Source: a virus
Lineage: Duplodnaviria > Caudoviricetes
Length of the DNA: 64,000 nt
Direction: 5' to 3' (one strand)
IMG/VR virus record: IMGVR_UViG_3300029305_012082
Coordinates: 40,688 to 104,687 of that record
Shown here piece by piece: positions 38,897 to 50,807 of this stretch (position 1 is its first letter; each line of letters opens with the position of its first letter). A program made the translations under genes and the position numbers. The notes beneath the pieces are model-generated. The model was not told the origin of the DNA and did not search any database. It saw only the letters and a list, made by a program, of their open reading frames with translations.

Positions 38897-39262
38897 ATGA
38901 GCAGATTGACACGAGAAGACTGGGAAGTCTACGGTATTTTGAGAAGTGTTCGTGGCAAGAAATATGCTGAGAACTGGCGTCACAGCCGTAATAAGAAAAA
39001 TGCGGATTATGGGATTGGTCTCCCCAGAAAAGATCATGAATGGAGGCTCGTCAAAGAATATGGAATTGATGGCTATCTCATCAAACGCTTTGTTTCTGGA
39101 CACATGACAGCTGCCGAAAAAGCCAGATTCGAAGAAGACAATTGGGTTCATGCACCTGCAACGGCCTATGACTGCACTGGAAAGCCGTTTACCAGTTGGA
39201 TTTCGTTCCACGAAGTTCCCGAAGGCACATGGGTCTATCACATGATCTCGTTTGATGTTTAA
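38897..39262 (+). CDS. Hypothetical early protein
   Basis: GAGGAGG RBS; YDCTGKPFT.W motif. Confidence 0.6.
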   Translation: MSRLTREDWEVYGILRSVRGKKYAENWRHSRNKKNADYGIGLPRKDHEWRLVKEYGIDGYLIKRFVSGHMTAAEKARFEEDNWVHAPATAYDCTGKPFTSWISFHEVPEGTWVYHMISFDV

Positions 39263-39942
39263 GCAAGGAGACACTACAATGGAAAAGAAAATCGTGCTGA
39301 TATACCCGTCCGAGGCTGTCGGACTGATCGCAGATCTCGGAAACGGGGAGCCGACTGACAATGGCGACAGAACCAGTAGATACATCAGCGTCGCCAAGGG
39401 ATACGGCGAGAAGATGGGGAAGACGGTCAAGGTAGCCTTGATCGAAGAAAAGGCGCTGTTGCCTCAGAAGGAATGGGGCTATGCGCTCCATATCATCAAC
39501 GATGTGGACATGACCAACTGTCGGCTGATCAGAACTATCGGCCTTTCGGAGGACGAACTCATCCAACTACTCGGAACGATCCTCGAAGAGCTTGAGAAAG
39601 GAGCAATGTAACGATGAGCTACGAGCAGGCTATGCGGCACTCCCGAAACCACCGCAAGGATCGCTTCACTCAGCAGTGCGGTGGTCCAGTTCACGAGCCT
39701 GATGCGACGTGGACGCCTGACCAGACAAGAGCGAACGAGCTTTGCTCCCTTGAGCGAATAGCAGAGAGGGAACAGGATTACCCCATCTACATCAAGTCGC
39801 TGTCAGGCGGCGTATATGTGACCGTGAGTGAGCGTGACAGCTTCGCTACGAAGATCGAGAGCCGGGATGAACTGAATGATTTCATCCGGGATTTAGTGGT
39901 GTAAACGAAAATGGATTTTCCGAAAAATATTCACAGGACCTA

Positions 39943-39970
39943 TTGACTAGGTAGGTAGGTGTTGTAACGT
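39943..39970 (+). promoter_or_regulatory. Early promoter P4
   Basis: TTGACT-AGGTAGGTAGGTGTTG-TAACGT; 21 bp identical to P2. Confidence 0.6.
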
Positions 39971-40016
39971 AAAGTAAAGAAAACCACACAGAACAACAAG
40001 AATGGAGGAAACGAAA

Positions 40017-40151
40017 ATGCTGATGGAACTTGTTATGGCACTTCTCACCGCCGGAGATGAAAAGGAAAAAGAGAAAGCATACAGAAATCTTGAAAGAGTA
40101 GGGGTCGACCGCATTACTGCCGACATAATGGCAGCAGAGTTCAAATCGTAA
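40017..40151 (+). CDS. 44-aa peptide (not in ORF track)
   Basis: GGAGG RBS after P4; MLMELVMALLTAGDEKEKEKAYRNLERVGVD... Confidence 0.55.
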   Translation: MLMELVMALLTAGDEKEKEKAYRNLERVGVDRITADIMAAEFKS

Positions 40152-40330
40152 TCGACAGGATTGGTTCCTTACCTCGTTTTCTGCTGGCAGGGAGCGTCGC
40201 ATTTAAGCGGCTTTTGAACTTTCGTGCCTTGCCAATAAAACAACACACCAAAACAAAAAGGCCGATACAAAGCATTCAGCGCCTTCATACAGCCCAACCT
40301 TACCGACCGGAAAATTCACAGGAGGAATTC

Positions 40331-42488
40331 ATGCGAAAACTTACCAAGAAACAAATCGAGCGGCTTGCCCTAGAAATTAGACGCTTTCTTCTGAATCGTG
40401 ACATGTGGGTTGATGTCACTATCTATTTCAACGGCAAGGCAATCAGCACAGACGACAGAAACGGGAACTTCGGATACAACGATCCGGACAAGCTTTTTAT
40501 TCTGGAAAACATGAACCCGAGGGATTACTTCTTGTATGCGGGTGATATCCTCAGCATGAGTTTTGAAGGCGACTTTTACGACGTTCTCAACTATGATTGC
40601 TGGCCTGCCGCAAAAAAACATTTCGAAGACCTTCTCTCCAAATACGGCCTGTATTATGAACTTGGCAATTCGTGGAACCTTACAGTTGCTATGAAAGGAT
40701 AGAAAAGAACATGAAAAAAAAGAAATCGTTGACCGATCTGCTTTTCAAAAAAGCTGATGATCTCGGCTGGAGCATTTATCGTGACGAATATGGAGATTTG
40801 GAATTCAGTAAACATAGCCCTTTGGGAGAAGACTTTTCGTTCTATATTGGAGGCAGAGACATCGTAAAAGAGGTTCTTGAATACTACGAATACTTCGATC
40901 CTGATGAACACTGTAAGATGTGGATTGAAGCGCAGGGGCGTGTAGCGGGGGTGCCCAGAAGTATCCGCGATCTCATTGATGATGCAGAAGCCATCGACGA
41001 GATGCTGAAAGAACTGGCTTATGCACTCATGGGTGTAGAACAGGAGCTCAGAGATGAAGATGAGGAGGGAGAGGAAGATGATTGATGCAACCAATTGCCC
41101 ACATTGCGGCAAGTTTTCGGCTCCAAGAATTCAATTTACATACGAAGGTGAGCCGTTCTGGGTTTGTCGCCATTGCGGTGTTATGATTTATGACCGCAGA
41201 TGGTACAAATATGTTGCCAAAAAGGAAGCAACAGAAATCGTGGAATACCGTGGCCGGCGGGGGTTATTTGTTCTTGATACAGGCGCTGGATACATCGGGA
41301 TCGACAACTCGACTGGAGATGCATGGTTCGAGGAGTTCCCAGATCTCTTTGAGTGCCTGATGTGGCTGGCTGGCGAAAAGGAGGCAGAAGAATGACAAAA
41401 GCAGAACTCCGTGCGGAACTGATGAAGGGCCGCGCACTGGATGACATTCTGTACTTCATCGACGGTCAGGAGTGCCTGATTTTCAAGGCTGACCGGTTCG
41501 TTCCCGGAGATGAAGTTCTGTACATCCCTGACATCGACTTGAACCAGATCCCGGTCGACCTCAACCTGAGCCGCAATAACTCGATGATGGATGAGGCGTT
41601 ACACGGTTGGGGTCCGATGACGGCAGAGGAACAGGTCACGGTCGTTCTTTCGTACTGCTACACCGGTGATGACTTCATCAAAGAGTGCGGCGGAGACGAG
41701 GAGAAGGCAAGATACCTGTTCTATTACTGCGATTGGCAGCATCCAAGCTCCGCATACCCTGAGATCTGCGAGTTGGAGGAGGTTGTATGAAGCGGTATAT
41801 TCTGAGGGCGTGGTATAAAGCAGCATACGGAAAATGGGCAATAGCCGATTTTGTAGTAACTCGTCCAACCGTTTCTCCGGAAGGAGTGTACGCCACAAGC
41901 AGAACGGCTTGGGGTGGAGAAATCCGAAATTTTTATCCGTTACATACAGTGTTGAGCTTGAAGGAGGAATGAAAACGAATGGGCAGAGGCAACGTATGTG
42001 TTTCCGACGATTTTGAGGGGCTGTACTATGTTGACAATGATTATCTTCATATTTACAGGACGACCGACACCTATCCGGGAGAACCCGAATATAAATCTAT
42101 GGGAGATCTAGATTACGAAGAAATCTGTAGTGATAATTGGGAATTCGACGAGATCCAGAGCCGAATTGAACTTGAAGACACAGAGATAAACCTTACTGCA
42201 TACTTGAAAGAACGTTTCAAAAGCTTTGTAGATTGTAAAAAATGGATAGAGCACGATCGCTATGCGCTCCTAGAAAACAACCTGTTCTACATCGCAGAGG
42301 CAGACAATCAGTGGAGCATGGCTTTTATGCTTATTCAGAAGGATCATCCTTACATGGACCTAAGCGGGCTTCAGCAGCGACATTATCAAACATATCTTGA
42401 TGGCATCAGAGACGGACTGTTCGAAATGTTCCCGACACTCGGCACCTATGCAGGCGCATGGACAAGCGGAACGATCAGACGCCAATAG
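40331..42488 (+). other. Cluster of small acidic hypothetical early genes (40331-40702, 40711-41085, 41078-41395, 41392-41790, 41787-41972, 41979-42488)
   Basis: Abutting or overlapping + strand ORFs, most with an obvious RBS. Confidence 0.65.
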
Positions 42489-42521
42489 GAAGAAAAAACT
42501 TCGCATAGGAAGATATTCCAC

Positions 42522-42549
42522 TTGACACGGTAGGTAGGTAAGCTACGAT
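42522..42549 (+). promoter_or_regulatory. Early promoter P5
   Basis: TTGACA-CGGTAGGTAGGTAAGC-TACGAT followed by AAAGTCACAG. Confidence 0.7.
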
Positions 42550-42871
42550 AAAGTCACAGAAAACATAGAAAGCCGAGGATATAAAATGGAAGAACGGATC
42601 AAAAAGGAAATTGCTTATCTCGAAATGGAGCTGGACGACCATCAGCAGCGAAGAGACAGACTTGTTTCTGAACTGAAAGGAGATATCCAAACGTATACTG
42701 ATTATCAGGTTGTGACATTCCTTCCCGGCAAGATCAAAGACATCGCATATGAACGTCAGAAGATTTCTGAGATTTCTGATCAGATTAGAATGCTCCGTCA
42801 CCTGCTTGCAAATGCAGGTTAATAACGCAAATGGGAGTCATCGGCATAGGCCGATAATAATTTCGATCGAC

Positions 42872-42887
42872 TTTACCGATCGGTAAA
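42872..42887. promoter_or_regulatory. Palindrome TTTACCGATCGGTAAA
   Basis: Perfect 16-bp palindrome just upstream of the RBS of 42910. Confidence 0.7.
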
Positions 42888-42909
42888 ACTTGAAAAAGGA
42901 GATATAAGA

Positions 42910-43692
42910 ATGAATGTGAACTGCGGCAACTGTAGCCACCAAATTGTCGGCACTCTTTCTGGTTTAAGAAACGAAGAAGGCTGGCATATCGCATGCCCTG
43001 AGTGTGGAACTTCTGTCACCATGGAGGAACTGCCCCGCCGGATCATCATGGTTTTTGATTTCGATGAAACTGGCGAACACTTCACCGATGACCTTCTCGC
43101 AGACACTCGTTCTCGGGATTTTGAAGCGTTTGAAACCCCCAAGGAGTTTCTGGATTCTTGGAAGGTTCTTGTCCAAAAACCCGATGGGATGTGGTACTGG
43201 ATTATTGACAATGGCGAGATCTTCTGTTCCGGACCTGTCGACGTCAACGACATTTACTGCATCGTCGATCATTTTGATGGAGAGCAGCTATTTCAAGGCC
43301 GGCCTTCCAAGATTCAGGAATTCAATATTACCGTTTCGCAGAAAGTTGTACTCACTGTTGAGGACATTGATGACATTATGGTCGGAGCACTTGAAGGTGG
43401 AATCAATTACTGGTGCAAGGAAGCTGAAGTGATCGAAGAGAAACGGGTTGCGGCATGGGGACACGAGCAGATCGCCAGAGGTGGAGTCTTGATGCTCCAC
43501 GATAGATATGAAGATGAAGTGTACGAGCTTACCAGAACCAAGTTCATTGCTGGCTTCCAAAAATGGTTCGAAAACGGCGGATACGAAAGTGGCGCAGTGA
43601 GCGGCGGAAAGGTTGACTGCTGTTTGATTGATGCGATCGAGGCTGACATGATTGTGCAGTATGCTTTGTTTGGCAAGCTCGTCTATTGTTGA
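42910..43692 (+). CDS. Zn-ribbon multidomain hypothetical protein
   Basis: CGNC...CPECG N-terminus; ALEGGINYW and AD.IVQYALFG C-terminal domain. Confidence 0.65.
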   Translation: MNVNCGNCSHQIVGTLSGLRNEEGWHIACPECGTSVTMEELPRRIIMVFDFDETGEHFTDDLLADTRSRDFEAFETPKEFLDSWKVLVQKPDGMWYWIIDNGEIFCSGPVDVNDIYCIVDHFDGEQLFQGRPSKIQEFNITVSQKVVLTVEDIDDIMVGALEGGINYWCKEAEVIEEKRVAAWGHEQIARGGVLMLHDRYEDEVYELTRTKFIAGFQKWFENGGYESGAVSGGKVDCCLIDAIEADMIVQYALFGKLVYC

Positions 43693-43705
43693 GGGGTTGA
43701 GTGCG

Positions 43706-44527
43706 ATGGGAAGAAAAAGATATGATGACTTATTGGGTATGAAGTTCTCCAACCTTCTGGTCATCAAACAAGCAGAAAGCAGCCGAACCGGCTGCGCTAG
43801 GTGGATATGCAGATGCGAGCTTTGCGGAAGCGAAACGGCCATTTTTGCATCAAACCTAAAAAACGGAAGAACCAAGATGTGCAAATCTTGTTCAGAGAAA
43901 AGAAAGACGACACACGGGTTATCCCGCGACCGAATTTATCCTGTATGGCAAGCCATCCTCCGCAGATGCGAAAACCCGAAAAATGAACACTACCACGACT
44001 ACGGAGGCAGAGGAATAGCTGTTTGCGAGGAATGGCACGATCTCAGAACATTTGCTAAATGGGCATATAGCAATGGCTTCGCCCCCTCCGCAAAGAGGGG
44101 CGAATGTACGATTGAGCGCAGAGATGTAAATGGCAATTACTGCCCCGAAAACTGTTTCTGGGCTAACATGAAGACGCAGGGCAGAAACAAGAGAAACAAC
44201 CGACTGCTTCAGACGAGCGAAGGTGACAAAACAATCACAGAACTCTCCGAAAACGCAGGTATTCTCGCAACTACTGTTTCTGGGAGAATAAAACGTGGCT
44301 GGAGCATCGAGGCAGCGCTGAATATACCAGTAGATAAACGCAGAGGAGGACACCGAAAGCCTGTCCTGTGCGTAAATGACGGAAAACTGTATGGATCACT
44401 CATAGATGCGGCAACAGCGTATGAGCTGAGCTATGACAAAGTGAGGAGAGCCGTCGACACTGACAAGGATGTAGATGGCTATATATTCGCAACGAACTAT
44501 GAGGAGGGATGCCAAAATGGATTATGA
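43706..44527 (+). CDS. HNH-like homing endonuclease with NUMOD-type C-terminus
   Basis: WICRCELCG, HGLS..RIY.VW...RRC, YGGRGIAVCEEW, TIERRDVNGNYCPENC and KPVLCVNDGKLY.S...A. Confidence 0.75.
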   Translation: MGRKRYDDLLGMKFSNLLVIKQAESSRTGCARWICRCELCGSETAIFASNLKNGRTKMCKSCSEKRKTTHGLSRDRIYPVWQAILRRCENPKNEHYHDYGGRGIAVCEEWHDLRTFAKWAYSNGFAPSAKRGECTIERRDVNGNYCPENCFWANMKTQGRNKRNNRLLQTSEGDKTITELSENAGILATTVSGRIKRGWSIEAALNIPVDKRRGGHRKPVLCVNDGKLYGSLIDAATAYELSYDKVRRAVDTDKDVDGYIFATNYEEGCQNGL

Positions 44528-44686
44528 GACTTTTGTGAAGCTGAAGCAGCTCTGCCAGGAGTGCGAAGGCCGTGGATGCACCTACAATCACGACGGTGAG
44601 TGCCGCTTCGCCTTGGTACACGAGAGGAAGCCTGAAATCAACGACATCGACGGCTGTGTTGACTATGACTATACGGAGGAAAACTG

Positions 44687-44815
44687 ATGAGCTACATCGG
44701 CGGTGGAATGTACGAGGCAACAACATGCCCGATCTGCGGTGAAACAATGTGGAATGGCAAGTGCGAAAATCCCGACTGTTACTTCCACTGGCACCCGATG
44801 GATGACGACGATTGA
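44687..44815 (+). CDS. 42-aa Zn-finger peptide (not in ORF track)
   Basis: GGAGG RBS; CPICG...CENPDC..H; acidic end. Confidence 0.5.
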   Translation: MSYIGGGMYEATTCPICGETMWNGKCENPDCYFHWHPMDDDD

Positions 44816-47800
44816 AAAACAAAAGGAGAGATCATAGTGACGAAGTTTGTAAGGGAGATCCAGCCGCATGTTAAGCTGTATCGAGATGTCAAAAATGGAA
44901 TCGCCTGGATCGAAGACGGGCGGTCCGGCCTTGGGATTAGTGTCCATCCCAACATCAGCACCTCGGGGAGCGTAAGGGGCATGAAGGACAGGGGCTACTG
45001 GGGCAAGAATGATCGGATAGTGAGAAGCCACGGTTGGGTCTATAACATCGACAGGTTTGTCTGCAACAAGGATGACGAGCTTGAAATGATTGTAGCCAAC
45101 GAATGCATGTGCGAATCGTGCTGGGAACGAAGAAGACAGGAATAACGTAATCGCCCACCGGGCAGAAAGGATAGCACCATGAGTTACAAAGTGACCATCA
45201 ACACGGAAGAATACAAGCCTCGTCGCTGCAGCAAGACCAACTGGGAGCCTGGCACCATGAACGACTACATGGCCGCCATCAATGGCTGGCACACTACCGA
45301 GCGCAGCCTGAAAGAGGTCGAATGGCGTCTTATGATGTTCCAGGGCTCTTGCCGTCCTGTCTCTGAGTGGGACGAAGAAAAAGGGGATTACTCGGACAGA
45401 TACCAGCGCTGGGAATCCAAGAAGTGCAACAAGGTCACTTACCTCGACCGGCTTTGTGGATTTGAGAGAACCCAGAATGTCACCGGATATGGCTTTACCC
45501 AGGGCTACTTCAGCATTGGCAAAGTGCTTGACGAGCTGAAGGCAAAAGGCGTTGTCAGAATCCCCTTTAGCTGGCTTTATGATGCCAGACAATACTGCAA
45601 GAACATGAACGGATGCTACATGGAGATCCGGAAGGAGGGCTGACAATGGCACGACATTCGTACAGAGGGAAAGACGGGCGTTTTGAACGATGCACGGTTC
45701 AGAAGCTTTTCGGCATCCAAGCGAACGAAAAAGGCAATCAATACCGGTGCCTGAATTGTGGCCATGTGTTTGCCCCTATCATCGAATCAGGGCGCTGCGT
45801 TAAATGCCAAAGCACCGAGATCACACTGGTAAAGGAGGATTTGTTGTGATTACTTTTACGGACACTTGTGCGAACGTGCCGACAACTGGAGCTTCCGTAT
45901 TATCACAACCTAAGGAGAGTAAAACATGAGAATTCCGAAATATATTGATGATGCTCTGAGAAAGCGGACAAAAGCAGCTCAAGCCTTTAACAAATATGAC
46001 TGGATTGTGTCTCACTGGCTAGACGACCATGGAATTGGGGACGAAATCGACACTGCCAATACTCACGGAGGCGTGGAAAGTATTGTCAATCCTACGGTTG
46101 CGGAGAGAATAATTCGAAATGCAATCTATTTTAAGGAAGGATGATGAAGATGAAGAACAGCGGAAAGATTGTTGCGCTCATTGAGGCGTACATCGAACTC
46201 GCTCAGGATAATAGCTATGACGACAGCAAGATCATCGACGCCTTGACCGACATTTTCAACCGTGAGGAGTTGGAGGAACTCGGGTATGCGGAGTTCGTCC
46301 GAGCCTACTTCGAGGAGGACTGACGATGAAAGATATCCAATGCAAAAACTGTACTCAACTTAAAGCTGCATGGTGCGACAAGAAGATCGACTCCCCCGAC
46401 CCGGAGCTTGTTCATGATTGCCGGGACTTCAAACAGATCACCGAACACGATCACATCTGCGGCATGAGCGACGAAGAAATGGCGTTGTGGCTTTCTAACA
46501 TCATCCGCAGCTGTTGGGATTGTTTCATTCGACACACCTGCAATAACAAGAATGCTTGCGCCGACAACTTTCTAGAATGGCTTAGATCGGAAAGGGTGAA
46601 GTGATATAAAAGGAAAATATGATGCCTTTACGGAGACAGTAGCTGACACTGTTTTCGCAGAAATCAATAAAGGGAAGTGTCTCGATGATTGGATTTCTCT
46701 GCTTGTTAATATCCCTCTTCCGGCCTTCGTTGCAACCGGAGGGAAAATTGTCGTACTTGGCAACGAGAATAAAAGAGTCAAGCGGTATCTGATTACGCTC
46801 GTAGAGAATGATAATTGGGTGCGTGCCGAAACCACTGCGTCCGCCGGTAGGGATGATCTCATTGCCGCCGTTTCTCGTATTCTCGACCAGCGTGTTACTC
46901 AACAAAAGAGTGCTCGAAAGAAACGGCCCAAATACCGAAAAGGAGACAAAATTCAAAGCCTCGACGAGCTTGCGAGACAGGAGTTCATTTTCTTTCACGA
47001 TAAGGTCTACCACAGAGGATGGTTCGGTTCGTGGCAGCTCTCGTGGTGTGCGGCCAGGATCAAGTTAGGTGAGCTTCAGTATGCGATAAAGGAGGGAAAT
47101 GATGAAGGCGAGAAGTAAGATCCGACTGGATGCGGAAAGCATTGGCAGGCTTTGTAATTCGCTGAACGCTTGTGCCGGTGCGGCATGGAGCGTTTTTCCC
47201 TCGGCTGCTCGAACGATGCTTCTGGCGCAGGGGACGATCTCCGTTCTGCACGACAAGGTCGAGGAGAAAAAGACCGTGCTTGTTTCCGACCTCGACTCTA
47301 TGTGCCCGCGCTACAAGGTTGTAGACGAGCACGGATGGACCATCGGCGAAAAGATCCCGAGCTTCGGATATATGAAACCCGAATACCAGAAGAACGGCCG
47401 AATGACCGGCGGAAGACGCGGCAGTTTTGATGCTCGCCTCTATAAGGGCTCGCCGCCCTGGCTCAAGTATGAGGTCTTCAAGATCGACCACCTCGGCGGA
47501 GGTATCACTTTCCACGCAAGAAAGAGAGGAGATACCAAGGATTGAAACGGAATAGAGTAAAACGAGGATTACCGAGTAGGGCAACCATAGAGGAGAGGGG
47601 AGGATATTTTAATGGTGAACGGGCCTGACAACTACGGCGTATATAGTCAATTCGACATCGCCAAACACAAAGAAACCTTTGTTCATTACTTGGAGGTTAT
47701 CATTCACTCAGACGGACTCGTTGAATATGCCGTTCCCTCGCATCAAAAGAAACTGATACAACTCGCAGCGAGAAAATTGGGAGTTCCGGAAGAAACTATC

Positions 47801-48052
47801 CCGGGGCTTTGCCCACAGGAATATCATGGAGACTATATGGTCTGGCTATCAAAAATAACAGGCTGCATTGCTGTGTGGAATGATTTTTACCACGCTTACG
47901 AAATTTCGAGAGCACAGGCGTTAAAGCTCAGAAGCCTAAAGGTAGCGGGAATTTACCACGGAACCGTTCCACCGCTCCCCGGAGACCGTGTTTGATATGA
48001 CCGAAAATTCGGAAATGTGCCAACATCTGTTTTCTTCATCAAGCAAAAATAA

Positions 48053-48081
48053 TTGATTTTGTATTCGTTTCGGTGTATGAT
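48053..48081 (+). promoter_or_regulatory. Sigma-A-type promoter of the HTH gene
   Basis: TTGATT-17-TATGAT. Confidence 0.55.
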
Positions 48082-48111
48082 ACAAATAATTTAGAGATAG
48101 GAGGTTGTCTG

Positions 48112-48624
48112 ATGACGGCAAAAGATATCATCGAGGCTGTATCGAAAATCACCCACACAAGCCAGAATGAACTATCGAGAAAGGCAGGCAAACCTGTACA
48201 GTGGCTTAATACCAGAATGACCCGAGGAACCCTGAGAGTTGATGATCTGCTTCAGATTTTAGATGTAGCCGGCATCGACATCACGCTTACGGTGCGAGAA
48301 ACAGGCGAAATTATCAAGCCGTATATTGTCGGATACGGACGAAGAGTGCGCCGCATGGTTGATCGGGTTATCTACGACACTGCAGCAGCAGATGCTCTGT
48401 CTAACAGCTTTTTTGCAGACGGCGTAAACGAGTTCAACGACGATGGCAAGGCATCAGAACTGTACATGGATAGATCCGGTAGATACTTTCTGGCCGAATA
48501 TACTTCTTGGGAAGGCGAAAAAGACCGTATCGAACCGGTGTCCGGCGAACGTGCCGCCGCATACATCGCAAAACACGGTACCACTTTGATGAAAAAGCAT
48601 AATGATGAAAATGCTCCTCTGTAA
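48112..48624 (+). CDS. XRE/Cro-like HTH regulator with an extra C-terminal domain
   Basis: SQNELSRKAGKPVQWLNTRMTRGTLRVDDLLQILDVAG; own promoter and terminator. Confidence 0.65.
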   Translation: MTAKDIIEAVSKITHTSQNELSRKAGKPVQWLNTRMTRGTLRVDDLLQILDVAGIDITLTVRETGEIIKPYIVGYGRRVRRMVDRVIYDTAAADALSNSFFADGVNEFNDDGKASELYMDRSGRYFLAEYTSWEGEKDRIEPVSGERAAAYIAKHGTTLMKKHNDENAPL

Positions 48625-48644
48625 CGAGGAGCATTTTTCTTTTT
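48607..48644 (+). terminator. Intrinsic terminator
   Basis: AAAATGCTCCTC-tgtaac-GAGGAGCATTTT followed by tcttttt. Confidence 0.8.
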
Positions 48645-48694
48645 GGCAAATATTTAGATAACAGAAAATATTTCTAGAAACATCGATTTCACTA

Positions 48695-48753
48695 TTGACT
48701 TTACCGATAGGTGTGCTACGATATAGTCACAAAAAACTTTACCGATCGGTAAA
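48695..48753 (+). promoter_or_regulatory. Early promoter P6 with two operator-like sites (near copy of P1)
   Basis: TTGACT-TTACCGATAGGTGTGC-TACGAT...TTTACCGATCGGTAAA at 48738-48753. Confidence 0.75.
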
Positions 48754-50342
48754 ACAGTTGTACACGGCGGATAGAAAGGGAGAAAAAGAATGCTTTACAG
48801 TGAATTCCTTCTTGGAACAGGCGCAGTAGACAATGTTGCATCCTATAAAGAGTACCGGCGAGTCGAGCGGATCTACATGGAGTCCGATCATTGCTCTAAA
48901 GAGGATGCATACCGGATGGCAAAGGTTGAAACCGTTAAGCAGTTCGAGGCTCGTCAGCGCAAAGCTCGAAAGGCCGAAATCGAATGGGTAAAGAATAATA
49001 TCATCTCCGCCGCTGCTTTCATTCGTGCAATGGCAGAAAAGGAAGGAACCGTTTCCGGCATGGGTTATTCTCACCGCACTCCTTGCGGAAATATCTTCGA
49101 GCTGAAGCTGAACCGTCAGATCAATGGTTGCTCGGTTCTCCTGTACGACTTCTTCGTAAATGGAAAGCAGATCGACACCAGCGAAAGCGGCTACAACCTG
49201 CTGCCCAGTGCAGAGTTCCAGAGTTACCGAGCAAATTGGCACGACAAGACTCGCGAGGAGCTGGAAGACCTTTTCGGATATATTGCATAAATGGAGACAG
49301 ATTGCAGATACAGAGAAAGGAGGTGCCAAGATGGCTCTTAGTAAGTTTGCACAGGCGTATCTCGAAGCAGAGAGAAACTTGCGAGATGAGTGCGATGAGA
49401 TGGTTCGTAGGGGTGAATGCAGCGAAGACTATGCCGAATTTCGCTTTCAGATGGTGAGAGATGAAATTCTAGAAGCTATGGCTTATGCTGATATGGACTA
49501 AAACCAAATGCACAAAGGAAAAGTTGTTTACCCAAAAGGAGGAAGTCAAAAAATGATTGATGCAGCACAGGACAGAACCTATTTGCACACTTATATCTTG
49601 CAGCAGCAGGTTCTCGACAATATCGCTACCAAACTGGGGGTTGTCTGCTTCAGACCGAACTATCACGCAAAGAAAGGCGATGCAAACACCGTCTTGTTTT
49701 ACACCAAGGAGGATCACGCTCACAATTGTCATGTAGACAGGCAACCCACAACTTATAGCCCTTCTCAGGCTGCAGACCTGCCGTATTTCATCGACGAAAA
49801 ATATATCTACCGAGACCATTTCTGGTTCTTTGAGAATACGGACATCAACGGAAGACACGATCTCGACTTTGCGAATTTCGGAATGTTCGATCTCAGAGGA
49901 CATGAATGGGCCAAGCGGATTTACGGAGCGGTATGGCTTGCCCTGACAAAGAAGCTGCAGAAAGATTATGTTATTTCCTGCGGAGGGTTCGCACAGATTT
50001 TTGAAGCAGACGAGCGATATAACGATTATAATCGGGATTTGATTGCTTCGTTTGCAATGGCAAAGGGAGAAACTTGGATAGGCAGCTTTAATCTCACCAA
50101 AGAAGAACGAGATGATGTTCGAAACAACGGCATGTCTGTGTACAGAAAATACGAAGGAGACACGGTTTTGAACTTTGGTTGTTCTTTCATAGTACCGAAA
50201 AAGGATGAAAAACTTGAGATGGCGATCAAAGCATGGAATGGATTAAACGAGAAGAACACAGTTCGTCCTGAACATCTCCTTAATCTGGTAGAACGTGCAG
50301 GAGGAATTTATTTACATTGGTTTTGAAACAAGGAGGACGAAA

Positions 50343-50807
50343 ATGAACGGATATCAGAAACTGATGCGGAGACATCAAAAAGAATTCAATGAATTTCCTA
50401 TCCATTTTGCATTCGGTCAAGAGCAGATTGACAGAAAGATCGAGGAACTTCATCTCAGCAAGGATCCCGGGAAAAGAGCGCAGCAGATCGTATCCATTGG
50501 TGCAGGAGGTTTCGTTCTGAAAGAGGATTTTCCCAGATATGCAGAGATGTGCGAGAGACACGCCAAGGAACGACTCGAAGCAATGGCAGATGATGAGAAT
50601 GGCGCGACCTACTTGTACGATATGTTCTACACGGAACTGGTCAATCACGAATATGGATATACCCTCAGCACAGAAGACACCTTATGTGCTCTCGGCTTAT
50701 CCAGAGAGGACATTGAATCGAATCCTGTCATGAAAGAAGCTTTGAGAAAAGCCACTACAGACATTCTGAAAGCTGAAGGATACGAAACAGAAGCGGAGGA
50801 AGATTGA
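50343..50807 (+). CDS. Conserved-looking hypothetical phage protein
   Basis: AAGGAGG RBS; FAFG.EQ, GAGGF and MFY.EL.NHEY motifs. Confidence 0.6.
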   Translation: MNGYQKLMRRHQKEFNEFPIHFAFGQEQIDRKIEELHLSKDPGKRAQQIVSIGAGGFVLKEDFPRYAEMCERHAKERLEAMADDENGATYLYDMFYTELVNHEYGYTLSTEDTLCALGLSREDIESNPVMKEALRKATTDILKAEGYETEAEED

